Source: a virus
Lineage: Duplodnaviria; Caudoviricetes
DNA length: 64,000 bases
Reading direction: 5' to 3' (one strand)
Virus record (IMG/VR): IMGVR_UViG_3300033463_000054
Coordinates: 30,898-94,897 of that record
Below, piece by piece: positions 21,007 through 31,269 of this stretch (positions are counted from its first letter, which is position 1; each line of letters starts with the position of its first letter). The notes beneath the pieces are model-generated. The model did not search any database, was not told the DNA's origin, and saw only the letters and a program-made list of their open reading frames with translations. The position numbers and the translations under genes are program-made.

Positions 21007-21452
21007 TACTTATTGTCTGCCTGAGGAAGCATAGACTGGCCATTAGCCTGCTGCTTTGCCATCTCGACCTTTGCCTGCTCAGCCAGATCCTTAGGCATGA
21101 TTCCGGTAAGGAATGCTGTCAGCTTATCGGGATCACTTATGAGCTCCATAAAGAGTTCGCTGTATGCGGCGGTGTTCTTGAAGTTCTCAGAGAGCTTCTC
21201 GCCGTTCTTAACCTTAACGAAAGAAATGCCATCAGCACCCTTCTCGCCGTAGCTCATGAGGATGAATTCTTCAACAACATCAACTATACCCTTTACATCC
21301 TGAGAAGTAGCTATCTGACGAAGTCTTCTGTCAAGACCGCCCTTTTCTCTGGTCTGCATGTTGATCAGTTCTGCCTTTGAGAGATTGAAATAAAACTTAT
21401 CGGTAATCTCATTACCTTCGAGATCTGTGAATGTAATTTCCTTGGTAAGCAT
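21006..21452 (-). CDS. Tail assembly chaperone
   Basis: FYFNLSKAEL, SYGEK, AYSELFMEL; lies between major tail and tape measure. Confidence 0.65.
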   Translation of the reverse strand: MLTKEITFTDLEGNEITDKFYFNLSKAELINMQTREKGGLDRRLRQIATSQDVKGIVDVVEEFILMSYGEKGADGISFVKVKNGEKLSENFKNTAAYSELFMELISDPDKLTAFLTGIMPKDLAEQAKVEMAKQQANGQSMLPQADNK

Positions 21453-21543
21453 TGAATTTTTCTCCTTTCGAATTTGGAGACCCCATTTTGAATTTTATGA
21501 GGTCTCCGAAAACCATTGTTAAGTGCTCGTAAAGAGCAATGTC

Positions 21544-22302
21544 TTACTCCTCGGGATCCTCAACTATGCTGATGGTTATTGTCTTATCAGCATAAGTGGG
21601 AGCACCGAGAACAATGTACTTCTTGCCCTGCTTGTAACCAGCATCCTCTGCCTTAATGTAGAGAACAAACTGACCAGCAGAGAGACCAAGAGCAGTAGCT
21701 TCATCAACATCTGCAGAAGTCATAGTGTATTCTGTGCCCATAGCTACCATAGTGGAGTCCTTGAAAGTAGCACCAACTATAGTATCGAGACCAGTGTCTA
21801 CACCAAAGCCGAGCCACTTGTGAGTGCCCCAACCCTCGCCATGGTCAGCGTCTTCAAGATCAGCAACTGTGCAAGAAAGAGTGATTGTGATGGTGTCGTT
21901 AGCAACATCGATGGACTTGATCTTCTCAACGTTTGCTCTATCCTCGTCGGTAGGAAGTGCCGATGTGGTAACAACCTCAGTAGCATCAACGTCATCAAGC
22001 TCGTTGGGCGCAATAACACCAGCAGTCTTGAGAGCAGCTATGAGAGTTGCAACGTTAGCGTCATCAGCAACAACTGCCTTAGAGCCATCAACAAACTCGC
22101 CACGTACAACCCACTTGTCGCCGCCGAAGTCACCGTAGTTCTTGGTGAAGTGTGTATCAGCAGGCTCGTGGATCGCAGGCTGTCTATCAACTATACCCTT
22201 CTTAGGATCTTCATCCTCGTAAGGAGTATAATCTTCGTAAGTAGTTACAGGGGTGTTGAGACGATCAACTATCTCCTGCATCTTCTCACTGTAATCAGTC
22301 AT
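21544..22302 (-). CDS. Head fibre/decoration-like virion protein
   Basis: TKNYGDFGGDKWVV and LIAALKTAGVI resemble head-fibre motifs; acidic. Confidence 0.5.
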   Translation of the reverse strand: MTDYSEKMQEIVDRLNTPVTTYEDYTPYEDEDPKKGIVDRQPAIHEPADTHFTKNYGDFGGDKWVVRGEFVDGSKAVVADDANVATLIAALKTAGVIAPNELDDVDATEVVTTSALPTDEDRANVEKIKSIDVANDTITITLSCTVADLEDADHGEGWGTHKWLGFGVDTGLDTIVGATFKDSTMVAMGTEYTMTSADVDEATALGLSAGQFVLYIKAEDAGYKQGKKYIVLGAPTYADKTITISIVEDPEE

Positions 22303-22383
22303 TGAACTTCATCTCCTTGTTTAAGAGTAACACGGGACGCTATTTGCTTCACGCCCCGTGCTGATTATGCTATTTTGAAGTTA

Positions 22384-23340
22384 TCAGGTTGTGCCCCAAA
22401 CAGCATTATAAGTCTTATCGCCAACGGCCGTAGTAGGTACAGAAGTAACGAGATCGCCAGAGCCATTAGCTTCGATCCAACCAATAAGCTCGAGATCGTC
22501 CTTATCAACAGCGGAAGCAGCAGGAAGATCCTTTGCTGTACCACTAGTATAGGAAGTATAGCTAGAAGCAGAAGAAGGATTTACCCACTCACCGCCAGTA
22601 AGGTTAAGAGTAAGCTTAAATGTACCAGTCGCAGCGCTGAGGATCTGATATACATATGTAGGCTTAGGAAGGAAAGGATCGGTAGAATCAGTACCATAAA
22701 CCATTTCCTCAATAGTCTTAAGAGCACCACCGTTTGTATCATTCTCGAAATCTCTGGAATCAAGAACGATATGAGAAGTAGGCTTAGGAGTTATCTGCTG
22801 GCCTTCATAAGTGATTTCACCTATTGCTGTAGGAGTGGTCTCGAAATCCCAGCTCAGGGTCTCCGCATCAGGAGAATCGTTGATTGTCTCATGATCTCTG
22901 CTGGAAGGAGAGCAAGTAGCCTTATAAACGAGATGAAGCTTATAACCTCTTTCGAAGCCTTCAACATCATCGCCTATAGTGGACTTGTAAGCAAGACCAA
23001 AAGCACGTCTAGCCTGCTGAGTTATAAGCATCTTACCGAGCTTCTTCTCACCATTGCACTCACCAAACTCGGGAGGATACTGGTATGCTTCAATAGAGCC
23101 ACCGAACTTCTCAGCTGCTCTGAAGGAACCATACTTAATATCGTCTGCCCAAAGTTCGGTCTCATCCGCGCCCTCGGGAGATTCGCCAACCTTGGTTACA
23201 CCATTGAAATTAACGCCAACCTGATAGTCAGAGTTAGCAACGGGTGTGTCAGACTTAGTTGTTGCAAGGAAAAGGGCAACATCCTTAATACCGGCTTCGA
23301 AATATCTTTCGCCGTCCTGATCCCATGTCATCTTTGCCAT
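22384..23340 (-). CDS. Major tail protein with a C-terminal InlB B-repeat-like extension
   Basis: WDQDGERYFEAG, LWADDIKY, YKLHLVY, TINDSPDA motifs. Confidence 0.88.
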   Translation of the reverse strand: MAKMTWDQDGERYFEAGIKDVALFLATTKSDTPVANSDYQVGVNFNGVTKVGESPEGADETELWADDIKYGSFRAAEKFGGSIEAYQYPPEFGECNGEKKLGKMLITQQARRAFGLAYKSTIGDDVEGFERGYKLHLVYKATCSPSSRDHETINDSPDAETLSWDFETTPTAIGEITYEGQQITPKPTSHIVLDSRDFENDTNGGALKTIEEMVYGTDSTDPFLPKPTYVYQILSAATGTFKLTLNLTGGEWVNPSSASSYTSYTSGTAKDLPAASAVDKDDLELIGWIEANGSGDLVTSVPTTAVGDKTYNAVWGTT

Positions 23341-23381
23341 GTGGATTTCCTCCTTGATTTAAGAATTTTCACCATTTTGAT

Positions 23382-23705
23382 TTAATAGTAAACGGTATAA
23401 ACTATGTTATTCATGTTATCCGCCGTAAACCGTCTATCGAAGCTAGCGAAACGAAGTTCATCAAGACGTTCAGGAATCTCAGTATCGGGATCCTTGTCTA
23501 TGATGGTGACTTGGTATCTGCGAATCTTGCTGTATTTGCGATCGTCAGCTGGTTTCACATCATTCGCTTCGTGCTCGTATATGATACACGGAAACTTAAG
23601 CTTGAGGTTCTCAGGAGGCTGAAAGTATACGTTTCGGCTACCGAGAATTGTACAGAGGATCTCATGAAGTTCAAGTCTCCTCGTCGTCATCGGGCTCGTT
23701 GACAT
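23382..23705 (-). CDS. Tail terminator/completion protein
   Basis: NVYFQPP, PCIIY, YQVTIIDKDPD; position before the major tail gene. Confidence 0.7.
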   Translation of the reverse strand: MSTSPMTTRRLELHEILCTILGSRNVYFQPPENLKLKFPCIIYEHEANDVKPADDRKYSKIRRYQVTIIDKDPDTEIPERLDELRFASFDRRFTADNMNNIVYTVYY

Positions 23706-24006
23706 TATACAGACCTCCTACCTCAAGTTCAATTCGTGGCGGTTCGATTGTGATGTTTGTTACTTTGAGCTTCTGTTTCATCCACTCAACGTAGCGTATG
23801 GAAGTGAAATTTTCGAAAGCAAACGGATCGGCGACTATACTGATCTGGTTCGATATATTCACATCATCATTTACTTTTTGTCCATCGAGCCTTCTCCTCA
23901 CGCTGGAGACATCACCCGCATAGAACCTTTCAATGATCTGTTCTTCCCATACGCCGGGTCGTGTTTCGACAGTCGTAGCATAGCCCACCGCTCCGTAAAA
24001 CTTCAT
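23671..24006 (-). CDS. Head-tail adaptor/closure protein
   Basis: KFYGAVGY, PGVW, ISIVADPFA; follows the capsid gene. Confidence 0.7.
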   Translation of the reverse strand: MKFYGAVGYATTVETRPGVWEEQIIERFYAGDVSSVRRRLDGQKVNDDVNISNQISIVADPFAFENFTSIRYVEWMKQKLKVTNITIEPPRIELEVGGLYNVNEPDDDEET

Positions 24007-24042
24007 TAATTACACCCCATTTTGAATTTTCAGCCGATTAAA

Positions 24043-25926
24043 TCAGCCGTTGTTCTCCTCTTCAGCCTCGGGAGCAGTTGTCTCAGTCTCGAGAACAATT
24101 GCAGAGAAGGGCTTGATAAGAGCGCCGGAGCATCTGGTCTCGATCAGATACTTCTGTGCGTTGTAATCGATATCAAACTGATCATACCACTTGATCTGGC
24201 CACCGCGGTCAGTACCGATGTTATAGTCAGTGAGATTAACGATTATACCATGGAGCTTGTAAGCCTTACCGGTCTTGGTATCAACTCTTACGAGGTTCTC
24301 CATAACGGGAACTGTAACGATGTCGCGAACACGGAGCTTAGTAGCAAGCTTCTCTACGCTATCATAAAGATCTCTACCAGTAGAATCAGTGAGGAGAAGG
24401 AGCTCGGTAAGGGACTGCTCGGTGATGAAGAGAGTAGGATTGCCGGAACCCTTGTAGTCAACTCTTGCTCTTACAGCACCCTCGATGAATGCTCTAGGAG
24501 TCTCATCGGGAAGAGTATACTTGATTGTGAAGAAGTCCTCATCGGTCCAGATAGGTCTGATCTTGAGGGGATCGATCTTGTCATCAGAAGATGTGGGTCT
24601 GCCGTCGCCTACGAGAGCTGCACGAGCGATTTCCTCATCGAGCTGAGTTCTCATTTCCTTGTTAAGGATAGTGATGAGATCGTAGTTACCGCCAGAGATG
24701 TCGATAATGTCATCCTTCTCAACCTTCTGCTTCTTGTAGATGGTTGTAGGCTCTGTGGTTCTCTTGAGGAGGCTGAAGATCTGCTCCTTCTTGAACTTAC
24801 CCTTGATGTAACCTCTAGCCCTTGCGTCATCTGTGGTAAGATCGCCATAAAGGGACTTGGTGCGAGCAAAAGCGGACTTATGAGTTCTGTCCATGAATAC
24901 CTTCACCCAGTCAGTGTTTCTGGTGACAAAGTCAATGTCATCATTAAGTGCCTTGGGATCGGGGAAGAGAAGATCAATGTCCTCTACACCGTGAGCAAGT
25001 ACAGACTCCTTAAGAGAGCCATATTTCTTCATGTCAGCAAGTGCTTCCTTAAACATAGTACCTGCTTCCATCTGCGCATGTGCGATATAATCGCCCTGTG
25101 ATTCGAATACGTTGTGTGTCATCTTAGCATCCTCTCCTTCTTTTTCTTTTACAGCATCTTCTACTGCCACGCCGATAAGAGCATAAACAACATTCTTCTG
25201 CTCATCGGTCATACTATCGAATACGTCCTTAACGGTCTTGCCCTCGCCATCAGCATGGGACATTTCCTCATCGTATTCATCGTAGTTGTTGTAATCGCTG
25301 AAATCCATAGTGGGAACTTCCTCCTGTTCTTCAGACTGATTATGAGCAAGTATCTCTTCGAATGTGCTGGTTATTGCTCCAGTAAACGAATGAGCCATTT
25401 CCTTTACCTCCTCAGAATCGATAATGTTATCATTTTGATTTTCCTCGTAATCGTCATCACTATGATATATTACTTCTTCAAATTCCATACCAGTAGTAAT
25501 AACAGCACCCTCTTCACCATCTGCATGACAAATAACATCATCGATGTATGCTCCGGGATTAGCGCCTGCAAGAACAAGCGAAACTTCACGGATTGTACCG
25601 TGTTTTACATTTCTGCCATTTATGTGCTCGAGGCCGTTCGCATAAATAGACAGACTGGTTATATCGCCATTACGTACTCGTTCCTTAGCATCTCTGCCCT
25701 CGGGACTGTCGTTAAATACGCCATAGCAATATACGCCCTCAGGACGATTCGCTAGAAGAGCATGACCTAGTACATTAGATATTTCACCATGTTTATGGTT
25801 CCACATCAGAGGTACCGTCATACCATTACTGTCGGCAAAAGCATCCTGAAGAATTACTCTTCCATCAGTGCAACGAAGATTATTTCTTGTTGCCCAACCG
25901 CTGAAATCATAACTCACTGTTTTCAC
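24043..25926 (-). CDS. Prohead protease - scaffold - major capsid fusion protein
   Basis: N-terminal HK97-type protease (PLMWNH, SLSI, REVSLV), acidic linker, capsid domain (LDEEIARAALVGDGR, YLIETRCSGAL). Confidence 0.9.
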   Translation of the reverse strand: MKTVSYDFSGWATRNNLRCTDGRVILQDAFADSNGMTVPLMWNHKHGEISNVLGHALLANRPEGVYCYGVFNDSPEGRDAKERVRNGDITSLSIYANGLEHINGRNVKHGTIREVSLVLAGANPGAYIDDVICHADGEEGAVITTGMEFEEVIYHSDDDYEENQNDNIIDSEEVKEMAHSFTGAITSTFEEILAHNQSEEQEEVPTMDFSDYNNYDEYDEEMSHADGEGKTVKDVFDSMTDEQKNVVYALIGVAVEDAVKEKEGEDAKMTHNVFESQGDYIAHAQMEAGTMFKEALADMKKYGSLKESVLAHGVEDIDLLFPDPKALNDDIDFVTRNTDWVKVFMDRTHKSAFARTKSLYGDLTTDDARARGYIKGKFKKEQIFSLLKRTTEPTTIYKKQKVEKDDIIDISGGNYDLITILNKEMRTQLDEEIARAALVGDGRPTSSDDKIDPLKIRPIWTDEDFFTIKYTLPDETPRAFIEGAVRARVDYKGSGNPTLFITEQSLTELLLLTDSTGRDLYDSVEKLATKLRVRDIVTVPVMENLVRVDTKTGKAYKLHGIIVNLTDYNIGTDRGGQIKWYDQFDIDYNAQKYLIETRCSGALIKPFSAIVLETETTAPEAEEENNG

Positions 25927-25934
25927 CTACTTTA

Positions 25935-26330
25935 TTATGAATTGATTTTATTCATACATGCTCTTATAGCTTCACGTTCTTTTTCGTTTGTAGCCATTTT
26001 AAGCATGTCGTCTAGACGTTGTATGAGTTCGCGATGTTCATCATGTGTGCTATGACCATCGCCATAATTAACGTCATAATACATACGACTGGAACCAATC
26101 GGATATCTATCTGCATAACTATTATAAGAACGATTTCGTCTATAGCTATTATAGCTGTCATCACGAGAATATCCTCTTTCTTCCATAGCGCAAACAGTAT
26201 CTATGCATTTAATAGCATGCGAGAGTTTGTCTATATGATCCAGCTTTTCAGGAGAAAGGGGTTTTTCATCAGAAAACGTTTCGAGCTCGCGCATCAGCTT
26301 TTCTCGGAGCTCATAAATTTTGTTGCTCAT
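25935..26330 (-). CDS. Hypothetical helical protein (accessory module gene 6)
   Basis: 131 aa, RBS, Tyr/Ser/Arg-rich middle. Confidence 0.7.
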   Translation of the reverse strand: MSNKIYELREKLMRELETFSDEKPLSPEKLDHIDKLSHAIKCIDTVCAMEERGYSRDDSYNSYRRNRSYNSYADRYPIGSSRMYYDVNYGDGHSTHDEHRELIQRLDDMLKMATNEKEREAIRACMNKINS

Positions 26331-26344
26331 TTTGAACTCCTTTC

Positions 26345-26806
26345 TTATCTCGACATAACAAGGTCAGGACGAGATATAACGATATTAGCATTCTGCACAA
26401 GTATAGCCTGATCGCTTGTGTTTACTATTGACAGCGTTTCACAACAACCTCTCCATATCTGAGCGTTAACTGCACAAGATACGTTAAAGTATTCTTCAAC
26501 AGCTGCCGGAGTAACAATCATCGTGCTTGTCGGTATAACAGATCCGTCTATAGCAAGAGCAAGACTTATCTGTTCAGCAGTACCGCCTGTAGGAACAGCT
26601 ATATTAGCTCTGAACATGCAAAGGTATTCTGCCGACTTAGCACAACATCCACAAGGCATCTGAGGAACATAACCTCTAAGGAGAAAGCTACCACTACCAT
26701 CACGATGTCTCACAAGACCTCTCGTACAAGGAACCGGTGCTTCTGTAAAAACTACAGATCCATTAGAAGCTACAATCTGAACAGCATTTGCCGAATATTC
26801 AGCCAT
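26345..26806 (-). CDS. Cys-rich beta protein, BclA-C/C1q-like (module gene 5)
   Basis: 153 aa; RHRDGSG, CGCC, ANIAVP, NANIVI. Confidence 0.55.
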   Translation of the reverse strand: MAEYSANAVQIVASNGSVVFTEAPVPCTRGLVRHRDGSGSFLLRGYVPQMPCGCCAKSAEYLCMFRANIAVPTGGTAEQISLALAIDGSVIPTSTMIVTPAAVEEYFNVSCAVNAQIWRGCCETLSIVNTSDQAILVQNANIVISRPDLVMSR

Positions 26807-26819
26807 TCAGAACACCTCC

Positions 26820-27596
26820 TCAACCATTACAGCCGCAACCGTAACCGGTGTTATTGGGATATGTAAATATAGGCTGAGATCCATATACAGGCTGAGAAGG
26901 AACAGGACAATTCTTCAGTCTGTTATACAGAGCATCTACCTCATTTGTAAGTCCCTGAGCGATGTATGCATTCTGCTGAGCAATGGTAAGCTGTCTTTCA
27001 AGATCGGCTATCTTCTCGTTCTTAGCATCGATCTTATCATTGCACATCTGATCGAGGATTCTCTGGGTGTTAGCTGCATTATTAGCTATGAGATCACGAA
27101 AACCGTCAGACATAGCGGCTCTGTCTGCACAATTCTCAGTAGCAACAGTATACTTCACGTCAGCTATGTTAGCACGGTTCTCGCAGCAACAATTCTGGAG
27201 ATCCATTGCCAGATTATTCATCTGATTGCTAACGGTAGTCTGAGCTGCAAAAGCCTGCTGCATACCAGACATCTGTCGATTAGCGGCTGCTGACTCGGCG
27301 TTTGCAAAACCACTCGTGATCGCAGAAGAGATACCACCAAGAGTTCCAGCTATTGCAGCCTGATCGAACCCTCTGGACATCTGATCCTGTGTCTGAGCGT
27401 TATAGAAATATGGAGCGCTCGAACCCCAGCCCGAGTTGCCACCAAATCCGCCATTGCCCCAATTGCCGTTCATAGCAAGAAGAAGGAACAATAGAAGATA
27501 TGCTCCATCGCCACCAAAACCGAAACCGTCATTGTTTCGATTATTGCCAACAACCGCTGCCATATCTGCAGCAGACATTCCATTTGTTTCAGTCAT
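26820..27596 (-). CDS. Gly-rich, one-TM, coiled-coil, Cys-cluster protein (module gene 4)
   Basis: GFGFGGDG-hydrophobic stretch-GGFGG, QNCCCEN, C-terminal GCGCNG. Confidence 0.75.
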   Translation of the reverse strand: MTETNGMSAADMAAVVGNNRNNDGFGFGGDGAYLLLFLLLAMNGNWGNGGFGGNSGWGSSAPYFYNAQTQDQMSRGFDQAAIAGTLGGISSAITSGFANAESAAANRQMSGMQQAFAAQTTVSNQMNNLAMDLQNCCCENRANIADVKYTVATENCADRAAMSDGFRDLIANNAANTQRILDQMCNDKIDAKNEKIADLERQLTIAQQNAYIAQGLTNEVDALYNRLKNCPVPSQPVYGSQPIFTYPNNTGYGCGCNG

Positions 27597-27673
27597 AAGG
27601 ATTACCTCCCAAAATAAAATCACACTTTTAATAGTGTTTTCAAGTCTCTTAACAAATGCTGTCCATTTTGATT

Positions 27674-29083
27674 TTAACGATAACGTCCTTTTTTACAAGC
27701 TTCATCAATCACATCATCATACCGACCGCATATAGACTGATAAGCAGTATTAAATTTACATTGTACATCAGGATTATCAAGAGGGATTTTATTAGTCTTG
27801 GCGTAATTTATGATCATCGAATTGAACTCAGTATGCGCAGAGTGTTTTATTTCGTTAACCGTATCATCATCGATCTTACCATCGAGAGATCGTACATACT
27901 TAACGAATGCATCTCGATTAACATTAATAGCATCCATAGTTACGCCATGTATAAGATAAAGATGTTTATCAATCTCGATATTGAATGAATGCTCCATGTC
28001 TGATGATTTCGAGTGACTTGAAGCACGTGATACCGACTGATGCATTTTCTTCTTTTTACCGCTATTCAAAGCCTGTGATAGCAAATACCCACGAGGATTG
28101 GCTATAGCAGATACTGTATTTGAAGTTTTCTGGAGTTCAGTAGGTTCTCCGCTATAATCTATCTTAGGTTGATTAGCCTTATTACGTTGACGTTCTTCTT
28201 CGCTTTGCCGACGTATGTCATCATTGGTCTTCTTTATCATATGATCAGCATAAGCTCTTTGTATTTCTTTTTGATCCTCCTCAGGCAGATCCTTGTACGG
28301 ATTCTCTTTTGTCTTTGGAGCAGGGATCGTTACAGCAGCTTTAATTTGCTTAGGACCCATAGGTTTAGCACCTGTCTGGTTGGTAACTTCCTTATCGAGA
28401 AGATCCTGTTTCTTTTTAGCCTTTACGTCATCTGTTGTCGCTATATTAGGCTTGTTTGAAACATGTTCTTCATTAGGTCCATGACCGGATTCTCTAGCTT
28501 TATCTAACATCGTCTGTTTCTTTGAATTATTATTAATAAAATCTTCTGTAGCAGATGTTATTGATTCATCATAAGCTTTTCTGTTATAACGAGCATCGGA
28601 AGAAGACAGATTATGTATTCGATCAGATGATGAACTAGAGCTATCAGTTATTTGGACGCTATCAGTTTTACCCTCATACATAGGTCGCATTGCATTACCC
28701 ATATCTGGAGTCATAGCGTTACCAAGTGGTGTATTCAGTATTTTTTCATCACCGTTTTGCATTTTCTTCATAACAGTAGCTGCATCATCCGGTCCATGCC
28801 CTTCTCTACGAGCTTTTTCAGCAAGAACTTTAGCTTTCATCTTATTAAGATTAGATTGATTTTCTTCCTGTTTTGCACGTTCCTGACGCTGAGCTTCTCT
28901 TACTGCTTGTCCACGAGCTCGATCTTCTTCGGTGAATTCATCTTCACCAAAGATATGTTCGCCCTTTTTCATACCTTTACGACCATAATGCATTAGTTCG
29001 TCATCATAAATGCCGTATTGTTCAGCACGATTATCGAGAATCTTAATCGCCGCGTGAAACATTTCATTATTCAAAGAGCACAC
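27674..29083 (-). CDS. Low-complexity charged protein with ELMHYG motif
   Basis: 469 aa; ELMHYGRKGMKKG; internal repeat ARREGHGP/ARESGHGP. Confidence 0.75.
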   Translation of the reverse strand: MCSLNNEMFHAAIKILDNRAEQYGIYDDELMHYGRKGMKKGEHIFGEDEFTEEDRARGQAVREAQRQERAKQEENQSNLNKMKAKVLAEKARREGHGPDDAATVMKKMQNGDEKILNTPLGNAMTPDMGNAMRPMYEGKTDSVQITDSSSSSSDRIHNLSSSDARYNRKAYDESITSATEDFINNNSKKQTMLDKARESGHGPNEEHVSNKPNIATTDDVKAKKKQDLLDKEVTNQTGAKPMGPKQIKAAVTIPAPKTKENPYKDLPEEDQKEIQRAYADHMIKKTNDDIRRQSEEERQRNKANQPKIDYSGEPTELQKTSNTVSAIANPRGYLLSQALNSGKKKKMHQSVSRASSHSKSSDMEHSFNIEIDKHLYLIHGVTMDAINVNRDAFVKYVRSLDGKIDDDTVNEIKHSAHTEFNSMIINYAKTNKIPLDNPDVQCKFNTAYQSICGRYDDVIDEACKKGRYR

Positions 29084-29098
29084 CTCCTTACATTAATA

Positions 29099-29320
29099 TT
29101 ATTTACCAAACATACGCTGCATTTCGTATACTTGGTTTAACATATTTTGAGCACTATTAACCTGTTCTTGTGTAAATTCTCCAGATTGCAGTTTCTGTTG
29201 AATTATTCGATTCGGATCACCAGTAAAATTCTGTCGAAACTGTTTATACTGTTCGAGAATATTCATCTGGTTATTTTGAACGGGTCTACTATTTCCAAGA
29301 GCATTGAATAGATTAGCCAT
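29099..29320 (-). CDS. Small Gln/Asn-rich protein (module gene 3)
   Basis: 73 aa; QFRQNFTGDP...LQSG. Confidence 0.7.
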   Translation of the reverse strand: MANLFNALGNSRPVQNNQMNILEQYKQFRQNFTGDPNRIIQQKLQSGEFTQEQVNSAQNMLNQVYEMQRMFGK

Positions 29321-29792
29321 CAGACTTTTCCTCTCTTGTTATCTGTTTGTCATAGTTCTTTTTGTAATTCTGCTTCCTATTAACGATTTCACTAAGCCTC
29401 TGTTCAAGCTCATCTCTTGTTACAAACTTGTCAGTGTCAACAGTAGATACAGGTTTAGATTCAACCTTAGCCTGTTTCTCATACACGACCAGTTCGTATG
29501 GTGCATTAGGAAAAGCAGTTTTAATAAATATAAATTTGTCATCCTTACTCATGAACATCTGAGTTATACCAGCCGCTACAGGATAATTTTCCACAGCCTG
29601 TCTATCCTCAACCTGAATAATCTCAGCTCGAATAGTTGGCGGTGTCATCTGTTGAGTAGGCTGTACATTTTGAACTGTTTGACCTACCGGATTTTGTGTA
29701 TAATTATACGAGGGATAAGTCTGAGTCGGAAATGGATACTGTGTACCATAACCATATGTCGGATTATACCCCGTAGGAAAATACTGAGGCAT
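29313..29792 (-). CDS. Pro/Tyr/Gln-rich protein (module gene 2)
   Basis: 159 aa; YPVAAG, FIFIK, FVTRDELE. Confidence 0.7.
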   Translation of the reverse strand: MPQYFPTGYNPTYGYGTQYPFPTQTYPSYNYTQNPVGQTVQNVQPTQQMTPPTIRAEIIQVEDRQAVENYPVAAGITQMFMSKDDKFIFIKTAFPNAPYELVVYEKQAKVESKPVSTVDTDKFVTRDELEQRLSEIVNRKQNYKKNYDKQITREEKSDG

Positions 29793-29794
29793 TT

Positions 29795-30175
29795 CTATCG
29801 CTCCTTATAGAAATAATAAAGCGGGACAACATCACCGCTATCCCACGTATCGTAATAATTGCCGTCTATGACTGTTACAGCATGCTCACCTGTACAAAGA
29901 ATATAAATCCCATAAGGATGATCCATACAGAAATCTCGAACGGTGTAACAATCGGGACAAGTGTTATGTAAAGTCTCCATCGTATAACCATGCTTTAAGA
30001 GATATGCTTTCCAAACCCGATTAGACGACGGCATATCGCACATTTCATAACCCTGAATGCAAACGTCAAGATAAACGTCTCTCCATTCACGATCCATAGC
30101 TATCGATATCGCTCTAATAACACAATCAATCACAAGATTGTTGCATGGGTTTGGATTACAATATACAAAACCCAT
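29795..30175 (-). CDS. Putative papain-like/C39-like cysteine peptidase (module gene 1)
   Basis: NPNP...DCVIRA, HAVTV, YYDTWDS give a plausible Cys-His-Asp triad. Confidence 0.5.
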   Translation of the reverse strand: MGFVYCNPNPCNNLVIDCVIRAISIAMDREWRDVYLDVCIQGYEMCDMPSSNRVWKAYLLKHGYTMETLHNTCPDCYTVRDFCMDHPYGIYILCTGEHAVTVIDGNYYDTWDSGDVVPLYYFYKER

Positions 30176-30180
30176 TTCAA

Positions 30181-31269
30181 TCACTTCTTCTTAGCATAAG
30201 ATTCGTAAATTCTATCGAATTCTCTGTTCTGTATCTCACGATACTTATCGGTCAACAATTTACGATTGGCGGCACTGGCAGCTCTAAGCTCCTTGATATG
30301 AGCTCGGAGTTCATCAGATGCACCCTTTTGTCTCGTTCTAGAATCCTCGTTATAAGCCTTGAGTTCCTCGCGAACAGACTTGATACCATCATTAATACTC
30401 TTCGTAGCTTGCTTAACCCCAGCGGCATTAGATGCTCTATAATTAGCAAGCTCTTCAGAATTCTTAGCTTTATAATCTTTAAGTCCGCTTGAAACACCAG
30501 ACTTAGACGTAGCAAGGTCAGCCGATATTTTAGCATTTTCATTGCTCTTATCTGCTCTAATCTTAGCAATGTCTTTCCTAAGCGATTCCTTCTGAGAAGT
30601 ATCTTTGGTTGATTTGATTTGTGCTTGTTTCTGTTCTATCTTTGTCTGAGCATTTTGAGTAGTACGCTCTTTATCGCGCTTAGCCTTTTCGGAAAGTTTC
30701 TCTTTGGTCTTTGTTGCAGTATCAGATGCTCGAGTATTATCGTTCTTAATGTCAGTACGCTTCTTCTCGAGTTCTGATTTAAACTGCTCTTTCTTTCCAG
30801 CCAACTGTTCTTTAAGCGTTTGGATACGAGCATTAATCAACTCTTTGTATTTGCCTCGTTCATCGTTAGCCAAACCTTTAAGCTGAGTAATAGCGTTCTG
30901 AATTTGATCAATCTGTCCCTGAGTAGTATTTTTAATTGACTCTTGTTCAGTCTGCTTTTCTTTCTTAATGTTCTCCTGAACTACAGAGTAAATCTCTTTA
31001 CCCTCGTCAGAAAGCTGTGATTTTGAACGAGTTCTACCTTTGAGCTGTTTAGTTTTCTCGTAATACTCATGGGCCTTCTGGTAATTGTAGTAAGGGCTTG
31101 AATACGCGTTCTTAGTCGGTCCATATCCAGCTCCACCTTGAGTACCATCGCTAGCAGCGTGTATGAGATAACCTTCTCGATTAACATCCATACCTCTAGC
31201 GTTAAGCCACTGTTTGGAGAATTCCATCAGAGCTGCATTATTTACGCCATTTTGAATTTTACGTACCAT
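30181..31269 (-). CDS. Basic coiled-coil protein
   Basis: YLIHAA and YYNYQKAHEYYEKTKQLKGR, then a Lys-rich coiled coil. Confidence 0.7.
   Translation of the reverse strand: MVRKIQNGVNNAALMEFSKQWLNARGMDVNREGYLIHAASDGTQGGAGYGPTKNAYSSPYYNYQKAHEYYEKTKQLKGRTRSKSQLSDEGKEIYSVVQENIKKEKQTEQESIKNTTQGQIDQIQNAITQLKGLANDERGKYKELINARIQTLKEQLAGKKEQFKSELEKKRTDIKNDNTRASDTATKTKEKLSEKAKRDKERTTQNAQTKIEQKQAQIKSTKDTSQKESLRKDIAKIRADKSNENAKISADLATSKSGVSSGLKDYKAKNSEELANYRASNAAGVKQATKSINDGIKSVREELKAYNEDSRTRQKGASDELRAHIKELRAASAANRKLLTDKYREIQNREFDRIYESYAKKK

Noticed and set aside
20455-21452. Programmed frameshift between tail chaperone genes
   Set aside because: No clear slippery heptamer seen; the genes are coupled by a TAATG overlap.
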